Assembly (NCBI GenBank): GCA_024404245.1
Contig: JAKSQH010000001.1
Coordinates: forward strand, 35,556-99,555
DNA: 64,000 nucleotides
Source of the DNA: Clostridia bacterium
Lineage (GTDB): Bacteria > Bacillota > Clostridia > Christensenellales > Aristaeellaceae
Reading direction: 5' to 3'
In this document: in pieces, positions 9,810 through 18,640 of the stretch
How positions within the stretch are numbered: the first letter of the stretch is position 1
Layout: the number at the start of each line of letters is the position of its first letter
Program-made: the position numbers and the translations under genes
The notes under the pieces: generated by a model
Databases searched by the model: none
Told to the model about the DNA's origin: nothing
The model's input: the letters and a program-made list of their open reading frames with translations, nothing else

Positions 9810-10766
9810 ATGATTACGGAGGCCGTTTATTTGAACTCTGCAGACGAAACAGTGCTGAGAATTCTGGAGCATGGCAGCATCACGGGCGCGGCGAGGGCAA
9901 CCGGGCTGACACAGCCGGCACTGAGCAACAGCCTGATCCGGCTTGAACAGGAACTGGGCTTCAAGATCTTTAATCGGAAAACAAATCCTGTCAGCCTGAC
10001 GGTGAAAGGCCGCTTGTATGTCGACCTCATCCGCAGGCGCCAGAAGCTGACGGATCGTTTCGAGGAAAAGATCAAAGCCGTTGACAAAGGCGAAATGATC
10101 TCCCTGTCCATCGGGGCGACAGTTTCCTATGCCGACTCCATTGTCATGGAAGCGGTCGCGAAGCTGTCGGAAACTCATCCGGATTGTCTGTTAACGATCC
10201 GGGCCGCTACGATGGATAATCTGGTAAAGCTTTCGGGTGACGGAAAGCTGGACTGCTTCATCAGCACACATTCCGGTCTTCCGGAACAATTCCGGCAGGA
10301 ACTTTTGTTTCATGACAGATATATGCTTGTTGTGCCCTCCGGCTCACCGCTCGTGCAGAAGCTGTCAGACTCACGCGAACGCGGCAGCATGATTCCTGAT
10401 TACTCTTTGCTCAACGGTTCGCCGTTCATCTTACTCGACGAGGAACAGCCGTTACGTCAAAAAGTGAATGCTTTCTTCGGATACTACGGAATTCAGCCGT
10501 CAAAGGTGATCAACATTGATCACAATTCGGTTGCCGTCAGGCTCGCGAAAAGGAAATGCGGGATCTGCTTCCTGCCGCAAAGCTTCATCAGGTTCTCGGG
10601 TTTGTGTGTAGGATTCGACTATTACCCGCTTCCGGATATGCTGTTCAAGCGTGAGGTCCTGTTCACGGTCAATGACGATCTGGAATGCTCACCCCTGTGC
10701 GGCGAACTTAAAAGAACATTGCTTGAACTCGCGGGTGAATGGGAAAAGATAAAAAACGATAACTGA
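9810..10766 (+). CDS. LysR family transcriptional regulator
   Basis: GSITGAARATGLTQPALSNSLIRLEQELGFKIFNR HTH plus substrate-binding domain; divergent from the acp cassette. Confidence 0.92.
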   Translation: MITEAVYLNSADETVLRILEHGSITGAARATGLTQPALSNSLIRLEQELGFKIFNRKTNPVSLTVKGRLYVDLIRRRQKLTDRFEEKIKAVDKGEMISLSIGATVSYADSIVMEAVAKLSETHPDCLLTIRAATMDNLVKLSGDGKLDCFISTHSGLPEQFRQELLFHDRYMLVVPSGSPLVQKLSDSRERGSMIPDYSLLNGSPFILLDEEQPLRQKVNAFFGYYGIQPSKVINIDHNSVAVRLAKRKCGICFLPQSFIRFSGLCVGFDYYPLPDMLFKREVLFTVNDDLECSPLCGELKRTLLELAGEWEKIKNDN

Positions 10767-10787
10767 TCCGCTTGAACATCAGATCTG

Positions 10788-10833
10788 AAAAAGCATCCGG
10801 ACACACGTGTTTGATCGTGGTCCGGATGCTTTT
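10788..10833. terminator. Bidirectional intrinsic terminator
   Basis: AAAAGCATCCGGAC...GTCCGGATGCTTTT between convergent genes. Confidence 0.8.
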
Positions 10834-11758
10834 AATTCATGGCTGACAGATCAAGTGACGCGATATATCTTCTCAGCGCGTCACGCCAGTCCGGCAGCGG
10901 TTTGAAGCCGTTTTCAGCCAGTTTCCGCTTGCTCAGCCTGCTGTTGAAGGGACGTCTTGCTTTCGCCGCGCCGTATTCCGCGGTTGTAACCGGAATAATC
11001 TCATTGTCCGTACCGGCAATCCGGAAGATTTCCCGGGCAAAATCATACCAGCTGATAAACCCGCCCTCATTGGTCGCGTGATAAATCCCGTAACGGTCAG
11101 TCAGAATCATATCAACCAGCAGCCGGGCCAGGTCCGCCGTATAAGTCGGCGTACCGATCTGATCATCCACAACCCGCAGAACATGATGTGTCTTTCCGGC
11201 TTTCAGCATCGTTTTCACAAAATTATTGCCGTTCTGCCCAAACACCCACGCGATACGGACGATAAAGAACTCCCGCAAGCATTCGCGTACCGCTTTTTCC
11301 CCGGCCAGTTTCGTTTGTCCGTACACATTAAGCGGGCAGTATGCCTCATCATCCGGTTCACGCGGCTCAGTCCCCTGTCCGTCAAACACATAATCGGTGG
11401 AAATCAGCATCATCTTCACGCCGTTTTCCGCGCATGCCCCGGCAAGATATTTCGGTCCGAGCGCGTTTACGGCATATACCTTGTCCCTGTTTTCCGTCTC
11501 CTCCGCCGCGTCCACCGACGTCCAGGCAGCGCAGTGAATCACAGCGTCCGGTCCTGTCTCTCGGATCACACACTCCACAGATTCACGGTTCGTAATATCC
11601 AGCGGCACATACATCATGCCCGTCACAGGCGTTCCGTCGGACATACCCGCGTATGCACCCGTGATATCGCTGCCGATACCGTCAATCCCGCGGAGCGCCA
11701 GTTCATTCATCACATCATGTCCGAGCTGACCGTTCACGCCGGTCACAAGAATTTTCAT
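10832..11758 (-). CDS. rfbD: dTDP-4-dehydrorhamnose reductase
   Basis: GVNGQLG, HCAAWTSVD, ISTDYVFDG, YGQTK, DQIGTPT. Confidence 0.96.
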   Translation of the reverse strand: MKILVTGVNGQLGHDVMNELALRGIDGIGSDITGAYAGMSDGTPVTGMMYVPLDITNRESVECVIRETGPDAVIHCAAWTSVDAAEETENRDKVYAVNALGPKYLAGACAENGVKMMLISTDYVFDGQGTEPREPDDEAYCPLNVYGQTKLAGEKAVRECLREFFIVRIAWVFGQNGNNFVKTMLKAGKTHHVLRVVDDQIGTPTYTADLARLLVDMILTDRYGIYHATNEGGFISWYDFAREIFRIAGTDNEIIPVTTAEYGAAKARRPFNSRLSKRKLAENGFKPLPDWRDALRRYIASLDLSAMN

Positions 11759-11770
11759 CTCCGGTTCTCC

Positions 11771-12790
11771 TTATCTGCCCGAATACATACGGGCATAATA
11801 GTTGACATAGTCACCGGAGGTGCATTCATCCAGCCAGCCGGTATGTTCCGTGTACCAGCGGATTGTCATGCGAATGCCGTCCGCGAACATGACAGTCGGC
11901 TGCCATCCCAGTTCACGGTTCGCCTTTGACGGATCGATGGCGTAACGCCGGTCATGTCCCTTTCTGTCTCCGACATAGGTAATCAGGGATTCCGGCCTGC
12001 CGAGTTCCCGCAGTATCGTGCGCACAATTTCAATGTTGGTTTTTTCATTATGTCCGCCGAGATTGTATACCTCACCGGTTTTTCCTTTCTCCAGGATGGC
12101 CAGAATGCCCCTGCAATGGTCCTCCACATACAGCCAGTCACGTACGTTCAGACCGTTACCGTATACCGGCAGCGGCTTACCGTGCGTCGCGTTGTTGATC
12201 ATCAGCGGAATCAGTTTTTCGGGGAACTGATACGGTCCGTAGTTGTTCGAGCACCGTGAAACCGTCACCTGCAGGCCGAAAGTGCGGAAATACGCCAGTA
12301 CCAGCAGATCCGCGCCCGCCTTGGAAGCGGAATAGGGTGATGACGTATGAATGGGCGTATCCTCCCGGAACAGCAGATCCGGCCTGTCCAGCGGCAGGTC
12401 ACCGTATACTTCATCCGTGCCCACCTGATGAAAGCGTTCCACACCGTATTTCAGGCAGGCGTCCATCAGCACAGCCGTACCCAGCACATTCGTCTCAAGA
12501 AAGATGCCCGGGTTCTCAATGCTGCGGTCCACGTGAGTCTCCGCGGCAAAATTGACAACCGTATCCGGCTGTTCCTTGTCAAAGATCGCGTATATCCCGT
12601 CCCGGTTACGGATATCCTCTTTATAAAATGTGAATTTTTCACTTTTCGCGGCTTCGTTCAGCGTATGGATATTGGCCGCGTAGGTCAGCGCGTCAACGCA
12701 AACAATCTCCCATTCAGGCCGTTCTCTGAGCAGCAGATAGATAAAATTCGACCCGATAAAGCCGGCACCGCCGGTCACAAGTATCTTCAT
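11771..12790 (-). CDS. rfbB: dTDP-glucose 4,6-dehydratase
   Basis: GGAGFIG, AAETHVDRSI, TDEVYG, PYSASK, NNYGPYQFPEKLIP. Confidence 0.97.
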   Translation of the reverse strand: MKILVTGGAGFIGSNFIYLLLRERPEWEIVCVDALTYAANIHTLNEAAKSEKFTFYKEDIRNRDGIYAIFDKEQPDTVVNFAAETHVDRSIENPGIFLETNVLGTAVLMDACLKYGVERFHQVGTDEVYGDLPLDRPDLLFREDTPIHTSSPYSASKAGADLLVLAYFRTFGLQVTVSRCSNNYGPYQFPEKLIPLMINNATHGKPLPVYGNGLNVRDWLYVEDHCRGILAILEKGKTGEVYNLGGHNEKTNIEIVRTILRELGRPESLITYVGDRKGHDRRYAIDPSKANRELGWQPTVMFADGIRMTIRWYTEHTGWLDECTSGDYVNYYARMYSGR

Positions 12791-12806
12791 TCGGCACACC
12801 TCCGTA

Positions 12807-13364
12807 TCAGAACATGATCTTCTGTTCCCGCAGCGGAATCCGGTTTCTGTCCTGTTCCTTCAGCACTACTTCACCCACATCCGGCCATTCAATACCGACA
12901 TCCGGATCATTCCACGGAATTCCGCCCTCATCCTCAGGATGATACACATCGTCACACTTATAGGCAAACTCGGCATAATCGCTCACGACAACAAACCCGT
13001 GCGCGAATCCCCGCGGCACCAGCAGTTGACGCCTGTTTTTCTCCGACAGAAGCGCGCCAACCCATTTTCCGTACGTTTCAGAACCTTTCCGCAGATCCAC
13101 GGCAACGTCGAAAACCTCGCCCCGGATCGCCCTGACCAGCTTCGCCTGCGGATGATTTATCTGAAAATGCATTCCGCGAAGAACACCGTGCCGGCTGGAA
13201 CTCTGATTATCCTGGACGAATGTATAGTCCAGCCCCGCTTCGCGGAAGCTGCTTTCGCTGTATGTTTCCATGAAGTATCCGCGGTCATCTCCGTAGCTTT
13301 TTACATCAATGATGTATACCCCTTTGATTTCCGTTTCGGTAAAGGTAAAATTTCCCGCTGTCAT
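12807..13364 (-). CDS. rfbC: dTDP-4-dehydrorhamnose 3,5-epimerase
   Basis: DDRGYFME, FVQDNQS, GVLRGMHFQ, VPRGFAHGF. Confidence 0.97.
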   Translation of the reverse strand: MTAGNFTFTETEIKGVYIIDVKSYGDDRGYFMETYSESSFREAGLDYTFVQDNQSSSRHGVLRGMHFQINHPQAKLVRAIRGEVFDVAVDLRKGSETYGKWVGALLSEKNRRQLLVPRGFAHGFVVVSDYAEFAYKCDDVYHPEDEGGIPWNDPDVGIEWPDVGEVVLKEQDRNRIPLREQKIMF

Positions 13365-13368
13365 TTGT

Positions 13369-14256
13369 TCAGTACCTGACCTTTCCGTCCGCGATAGCCT
13401 TCAGATGCATACCGTACAGACTCTTTCCGTATCTGCCGGCGGCTTCCAGCAGTTCCCCGTCGCTGATCCATCCGTTGCTGTGCGCGATTTCTTCCGGCGC
13501 GGAAATCACGATACTCTGACGTTTCTGTATCATGCGCACAAAGTCGGACGCGTCCAGCAGCGTATCCATAGTGCCGGTATCCAGCCAGGCGTATCCGCGT
13601 CCGAGAAGCCGTACATCCAGCAGTCCGTCATGCAGATACATTTCATTGAGCGTTGTGATCTCCAGCTCATTGCGCGATGACGGTTTCACTTCACGCGCCC
13701 TTCCGCTTACGCCCGCCGGATAGAAATACAGTCCCGTTACGGCATAGTTGCTTTTCGGGCAGGCCGGTTTTTCCTCAATGGATACGGCCTTTCCGTTCTC
13801 ATCAAACGCCACAACGCCGAACCGCTCCGGATCATTCACATAATAACCGAATACGGTCGCCCTGCCGCGCGTTTCAGCGTCCGCCGCCGCCTGACGCAAT
13901 GTCTCTCCGAAGCCGTTCCCGTAAAAAATATTATCTCCCAGCACCATGGCGCACGCGTCATTCCCGATGAACGTCTCCCCGATCAGGAATGCCTGCGCGA
14001 GCCCGTCCGGTGACGGCTGTACCGCGTAACTCAGCCTGATTCCGAACTGACTGCCGTCACCGAGCAGATCTTCAAAACGCGGTGTATCCTCCGGAGTGGA
14101 AATCACAAGAACATCCCTGATGCCAGCCAGCATCAGCGTGCTGAGCGGATAATAGATCATCGGCTTATCATACACGGGCAGCAACTGTTTGGAAGTGACC
14201 ATCGTCAGCGGATAAAGCCGTGTACCGGCGCCGCCGGCAAGAATAATACCTTTCAT
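13369..14256 (-). CDS. rfbA: Glucose-1-phosphate thymidylyltransferase
   Basis: [39 protein letters not shown]. Confidence 0.98.
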   Translation of the reverse strand: MKGIILAGGAGTRLYPLTMVTSKQLLPVYDKPMIYYPLSTLMLAGIRDVLVISTPEDTPRFEDLLGDGSQFGIRLSYAVQPSPDGLAQAFLIGETFIGNDACAMVLGDNIFYGNGFGETLRQAAADAETRGRATVFGYYVNDPERFGVVAFDENGKAVSIEEKPACPKSNYAVTGLYFYPAGVSGRAREVKPSSRNELEITTLNEMYLHDGLLDVRLLGRGYAWLDTGTMDTLLDASDFVRMIQKRQSIVISAPEEIAHSNGWISDGELLEAAGRYGKSLYGMHLKAIADGKVRY

Positions 14257-14280
14257 GGGAATTTCCTCCTTTTCCGCCGT

Positions 14281-16287
14281 TTATTCTTCCGGAATCAGAT
14301 TAATAATCTCCTTGATGGACATACACATATCATCGCATTCTTTGGCGCGGTGATTCGTAAGAATGGCGCGTGCCGCGTTCTGCATAGCCGGAAAACCCGT
14401 ACGCGTAAGCTGGTTGGCATAAATGATCACATTTGCCCCGCGGGCTTTGAATTCATCCTCGTATACGGTGTTAAAGCTGGTCGGCACAAGCACGATCGGG
14501 GTCGCCGCGTCTTCAGCGCGGAACTTCTCAATAAACGCAAAAATCTCAGCGGGGTCCTTCTTCCGGCTGTGGATCATGATCGCGTCCGCTCCGGCAGCCG
14601 TATAGGCGAACGCCCGTTTCAGCGCGTCATCCATCCCTTTCTCAAGAATCAGGCTTTCGATCCGCGCGCAGATCATGAAATCCGCCGTTTTCTGCGCCCG
14701 TTTCCCGGCCGTGATCTTCGCGCAGAAGTTTTCGATCGAATCCTGTGTCTGCTGAACCTCATTCCCGAACAGGCTGTTTTTCTTAAGCCCGGTCTTGTCT
14801 TCGATAATCACCATGGATACGCCCATGCGTTCAAGTGATCGCACCGTATACACAAAATGCTCCGTCAGTCCGCCGGTATCCCCGTCAAAAATAATGGGTT
14901 TTGTGGTTACTTCCATAATATCGTCAATGGTACGGAAGCGGCTCGTCATATCCACCAGTTCAATGTCCGGCTTTCCCTTCGCGGTGGAATCGCACAGCGA
15001 GGAAATCCACATCGCGTCAAACTGATAGGTTTTCCCGTCCTGCAGTACGGTGGTTTTCTCCGCGATCAGCCCGGTAATGCCGCTGTGCGCCTCAATGGCG
15101 GTAACACAGCCTTTCATGCCGATCAGCTTCCGCAGGCGCCCGCGCCGGCAGTCCGGCATCGCGAGCTGCGCGCGCGCGTGTTTCTCAAGCTCCTCATACC
15201 GTTCATCCCTGGCATAGGGATATTCCACCAGTTGCCCGCCGTACTCCGCGAGCACCGCGATCACTTCGTCGCGGACCGGCTTCTGCAGGCCGGTGCGCCA
15301 GTCATCCCCGTGAACCACGTAGTCCGGCTTCAGTTCACGCAGGATACCGGCATAGCTCAGTGTTTTCTGTTCCACAACACGATGAACGCCTGCGATATTC
15401 TCAAACAGCGTTCTGCGTTCCTCAAAAGGAATCATCGGGAACCGCTTATATGAGGCGACAGCTTCGTCGGACAGCACACCAACGGTCAGCCTGCCCAGTT
15501 TCTCCGCTTTGCGGATAATGGCTATATGTCCGCTGTGCACCATATCGGTGGAGAAGCAGATATAAACACTCCTGTTCTCAATTTCAGCCAGGCGGGCCTT
15601 CACAACGGCCAGGTCCTCCGGCGTGTCAATCTCCGTACACAGTCTGTCCGCGACGTCAAACGCTTCGATCGCGCATTTGTCCGTCACGGTATTCAGCGCG
15701 TTTTCGGCATAGACTTTTGTATTGCCGTTTCTGCAGAATTCGGCAATGGCGTCCGCCCATACCCGCCAGTCCTTTTTATTGAGCTTGTACAGCGCCTGCG
15801 CTTCCATCGCGGAATCAAAGTATTCAATCCCTACAGCCTTCACAAGCCCGTCTTTCACTACCGCCTTGAAATCCTTATCCGGCAGCGCGGCGGTTGAGGA
15901 AACCTTCATGCAGCTTCCCTCATTTTTCAGCATGTCCTCAAGCACCGAATACTCAAACACAAGGTCTCCGTGCATCAGCAGAATATCATCGTCCAGATAC
16001 GGCATAGCGCAGTTGATGGAGTAAATATAGTTGGTCTCCGCGTACATGGAGTTCTTAACGAAAGTAATACGGATCGGCAGTTCAAGCGAGGCGCAGTATT
16101 CGGTAAGCACATCGTCAAAATAGCCGGTCGTGATAACCGCTTCTTTGATGCCCGCTTCACACAGCAATGTCAGCTGCCGGCTGAGAATGGTTTCGCGGGC
16201 GGAGATTCCGGTCATGCACTTCGGATGCTCACCGGTCAGCACACCCATCCTGTGTCCGAGACCCGAATTCAGAATTAACGCTTTCAT
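14281..16287 (-). CDS. pepM: Phosphoenolpyruvate mutase fused to LicC/PntC-like NTP-transferase and HxGH cytidylyltransferase domains
   Basis: C-terminal EDKTGLKKNS matches the diagnostic PepM EDKx5NS motif, with DGDTG and ARIESLI. N-terminal LILNSGLGHRMG...PKC; middle DMVHSGH...HGDDW. Confidence 0.93.
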   Translation of the reverse strand: MKALILNSGLGHRMGVLTGEHPKCMTGISARETILSRQLTLLCEAGIKEAVITTGYFDDVLTEYCASLELPIRITFVKNSMYAETNYIYSINCAMPYLDDDILLMHGDLVFEYSVLEDMLKNEGSCMKVSSTAALPDKDFKAVVKDGLVKAVGIEYFDSAMEAQALYKLNKKDWRVWADAIAEFCRNGNTKVYAENALNTVTDKCAIEAFDVADRLCTEIDTPEDLAVVKARLAEIENRSVYICFSTDMVHSGHIAIIRKAEKLGRLTVGVLSDEAVASYKRFPMIPFEERRTLFENIAGVHRVVEQKTLSYAGILRELKPDYVVHGDDWRTGLQKPVRDEVIAVLAEYGGQLVEYPYARDERYEELEKHARAQLAMPDCRRGRLRKLIGMKGCVTAIEAHSGITGLIAEKTTVLQDGKTYQFDAMWISSLCDSTAKGKPDIELVDMTSRFRTIDDIMEVTTKPIIFDGDTGGLTEHFVYTVRSLERMGVSMVIIEDKTGLKKNSLFGNEVQQTQDSIENFCAKITAGKRAQKTADFMICARIESLILEKGMDDALKRAFAYTAAGADAIMIHSRKKDPAEIFAFIEKFRAEDAATPIVLVPTSFNTVYEDEFKARGANVIIYANQLTRTGFPAMQNAARAILTNHRAKECDDMCMSIKEIINLIPEE

Positions 16288-16319
16288 GGAAAAGACAGCT
16301 CCTTCCCGGTTCTATGATA

Positions 16320-17843
16320 TCAGTAAGTCCGTCCGCGGCAGGGATCGTAACGGATCCCGCCGTGCTTTACGGCAAACAGCGCTTTATCGGCCGCGTCCCT
16401 GTTTCTTCCGCTCAGAAGCATCCGGTTACGGCGGCACACGGCTTCGGCATACGGGGTATATATGTGCCGCAGCCCCTGCTCTTTCAGGCGCAGGCACAGA
16501 TCAACGGCACCCAGCCCCGTTCCGAAACGTTCATCAAAAGGAATGAACCGGTCCCTGCGGATCATCAACGCGCAAGGGCTGACCGCGCTCACATTGCGCG
16601 TCATGTTCATAATTTCGTGGTATCCGCCCGCGCCGGCACGCAGTCCCTCATATTCGCATTCCGCGACGCACTCCGTTCCGATAACGAACCCGCCGTGCAC
16701 AATTCTGCCGTGCTTATCCGTCAACACGGGCGTTACAGCGCCGATACCCTCCCGGGCGGCATGTGACAGCAGCTCGTTCATGAATGTTTCCCTGTGCCGG
16801 ATATCCAGACGCCTGTCCGCGAAAAAAAGGTATTCCGCGTTGCTTTCCTTAGCTTTCCGGTTCAGGTCCGCGTAAACATCCGGTGAATCCGGATCAAAGC
16901 GGATCACATCCGTCAGCGTGTTCTCCGGCACTTTATACCGGACGCGGATCAGATTTCCGGCAGGAGTTACGGCGCATATATTTCCCAGCCGTTCCTCATG
17001 TTCCTTCACGGCACGGCAGCCGGCATCGCGGCACTGTTCAAGCTTTCGGTGGCTGGCTGAGGACCGTACCTCACGCCAGCTGTACAGTGTATACGGCAGA
17101 TGGACAATCCTGTCCGTCTTTTCCGTCAGCCGCAGAATCAGATCATGATCCTGCGATCCGTCAAACCCGCTTCGCAGCCCGCCGATGTCCAGCAAGAGCC
17201 GCGTACGCACAGTCAGCAGATGGCAGATATAATTGCAGGCGTTCAGGTTATCCGGGCAGAAATCCGGCTTGTGATACGGATCCAGATAATGTCTTCCGTC
17301 CTCGGTAATCCTGTCCTCGTCGGAATACAGCACATCCGGATGTTCCCGGGCGATTGCTTCCGCTACGCGCCAAAGCGCGTCAGGCGTCAGCAGGTCATCA
17401 TGGTCGCACAGTGCCGTATAAACGCCGGAAGCAAGCGCCAGCGCGTGATTGGTGTTACCGGAGATGCCGTCATTCACTTCCGCGTGAATCACCTTCAGCC
17501 GCGCGTCCTTCGCGGCGTATTCATCAAGGATTCTCACCGTTGCCTGTTTTGTGCTTCCGCCGTCATACAGGACCGCTTCCATACAGGTATAGGTCTGCGC
17601 CAGCAATGAATCCAGCAACGCGCGCAGCATTCCCGGGTCAGTATTGTAAACCGGAATCACAACGGAAATCAGTCCCGCCTCCGGCTGCGAGACTTTCTGC
17701 GCGGTCAGCTCCGCACTGTTAGGCATTTCCGGGCGGCGTTTTCTGTCATATATGCCGAAAATACGATCGCCGGCCTTCCGGCAACCGCGCCGGAATGTCC
17801 ACGCGGCACCGTGTTCCCGCGCGTATTCCAGAATCTTCCGCAT
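16320..17843 (-). CDS. Glycosyltransferase family 2 (tandem GT-A, rhamnan/O-antigen type)
   Basis: ISVVIPVYN, DGGS, CDHDD, YSDED, SQDHDL; second shortened GT-like domain; GGAGG RBS before MRKIL. Confidence 0.88.
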   Translation of the reverse strand: MRKILEYAREHGAAWTFRRGCRKAGDRIFGIYDRKRRPEMPNSAELTAQKVSQPEAGLISVVIPVYNTDPGMLRALLDSLLAQTYTCMEAVLYDGGSTKQATVRILDEYAAKDARLKVIHAEVNDGISGNTNHALALASGVYTALCDHDDLLTPDALWRVAEAIAREHPDVLYSDEDRITEDGRHYLDPYHKPDFCPDNLNACNYICHLLTVRTRLLLDIGGLRSGFDGSQDHDLILRLTEKTDRIVHLPYTLYSWREVRSSASHRKLEQCRDAGCRAVKEHEERLGNICAVTPAGNLIRVRYKVPENTLTDVIRFDPDSPDVYADLNRKAKESNAEYLFFADRRLDIRHRETFMNELLSHAAREGIGAVTPVLTDKHGRIVHGGFVIGTECVAECEYEGLRAGAGGYHEIMNMTRNVSAVSPCALMIRRDRFIPFDERFGTGLGAVDLCLRLKEQGLRHIYTPYAEAVCRRNRMLLSGRNRDAADKALFAVKHGGIRYDPCRGRTY

Positions 17844-17996
17844 TGTCAGTATCCTCCGAAATTCTCTTCGAACCGCGTAATACCTCATTTCTTATCATAC
17901 CATTCACAGCGTGCGATTACAAGCATCATCCGTTGCGTCACCCGGATTGCTGCTTTTCGCACGCCAAAGCATGTCATTCCGTCATAGGATCCGTCC

Positions 17997-18027
17997 AAAA
18001 ACCGGGCAGACAATCATGTCCGCCCGG
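17997..18027 (-). terminator. Intrinsic terminator
   Basis: Minus strand CCGGGCGGACATgatTGTCTGCCCGG-TTTTT. Confidence 0.75.
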
Positions 18028-18091
18028 ATATAGCGTATTCCGAAGATATGTTTGCAAGAAAACAAAGCCTCATACGGTAAAGACATCCGTA

Positions 18092-18424
18092 TCAGTTCAT
18101 CGGCAGATAACCGTCCGGTGTCGAAAAACTTTTCAGCCCGATACCGCCCAGAGTACCGTCAGCGAATTCGAAAGTGATCATCTTCGCGTGCGCGTCATAA
18201 TACACACCCCGGATCAAACCTGCCGCCGCAAGTTCGTCCGTCAGCTCCAGAGCCATCTTTACACGTGTATCATATGCCGCGGAGCAAAATGTCTGATCAT
18301 TGATCAGAACACTGATCCGTGCAGTCGCCGCTTCCCGCGCGTTATCCCCTGTTTGAGAAATAGTCAGCACCCCCGTCAGCGCTACCGTAAGCGCCGCAAT
18401 CATCACGCATAAAATCCTGTTCAT
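18092..18424 (-). CDS. Small exported or membrane-anchored protein, paralogous to an internal domain of the 21385-24000 protein
   Basis: N-terminal hydrophobic segment; C-terminal GLIRGVYYDAHAKMITFEFADGTLGGIGL aligns with GKIKKGSIHYDAENETITFTYPENILGGVCL. Confidence 0.65.
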   Translation of the reverse strand: MNRILCVMIAALTVALTGVLTISQTGDNAREAATARISVLINDQTFCSAAYDTRVKMALELTDELAAAGLIRGVYYDAHAKMITFEFADGTLGGIGLKSFSTPDGYLPMN

Positions 18425-18498
18425 TTGCAATCACCGCGCGTTCAGCCGCGCATCTGTCTGTACAGGTATATCGCGGCATATATATGCTTCCTGAAAGC

Positions 18499-18537
18499 AA
18501 AACCGGCTTCCGATGTTCTGTCCGTTTCGGAAGCCGG
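18499..18537 (-). terminator. Intrinsic terminator after Ig-repeat gene
   Basis: CCGGCTTCCGA...TCGGAAGCCGG 11-bp stem followed by TTTT on minus strand. Confidence 0.6.
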
Positions 18538-18640
18538 CTGTATCTGATACCGGCAGTTCACATGCACTGTACACCGGATTATGAATCACCGGTGACCGCG
18601 CTTGCCGTTCATGCTCCGGCAAACCTTCATAGCGATCCGC

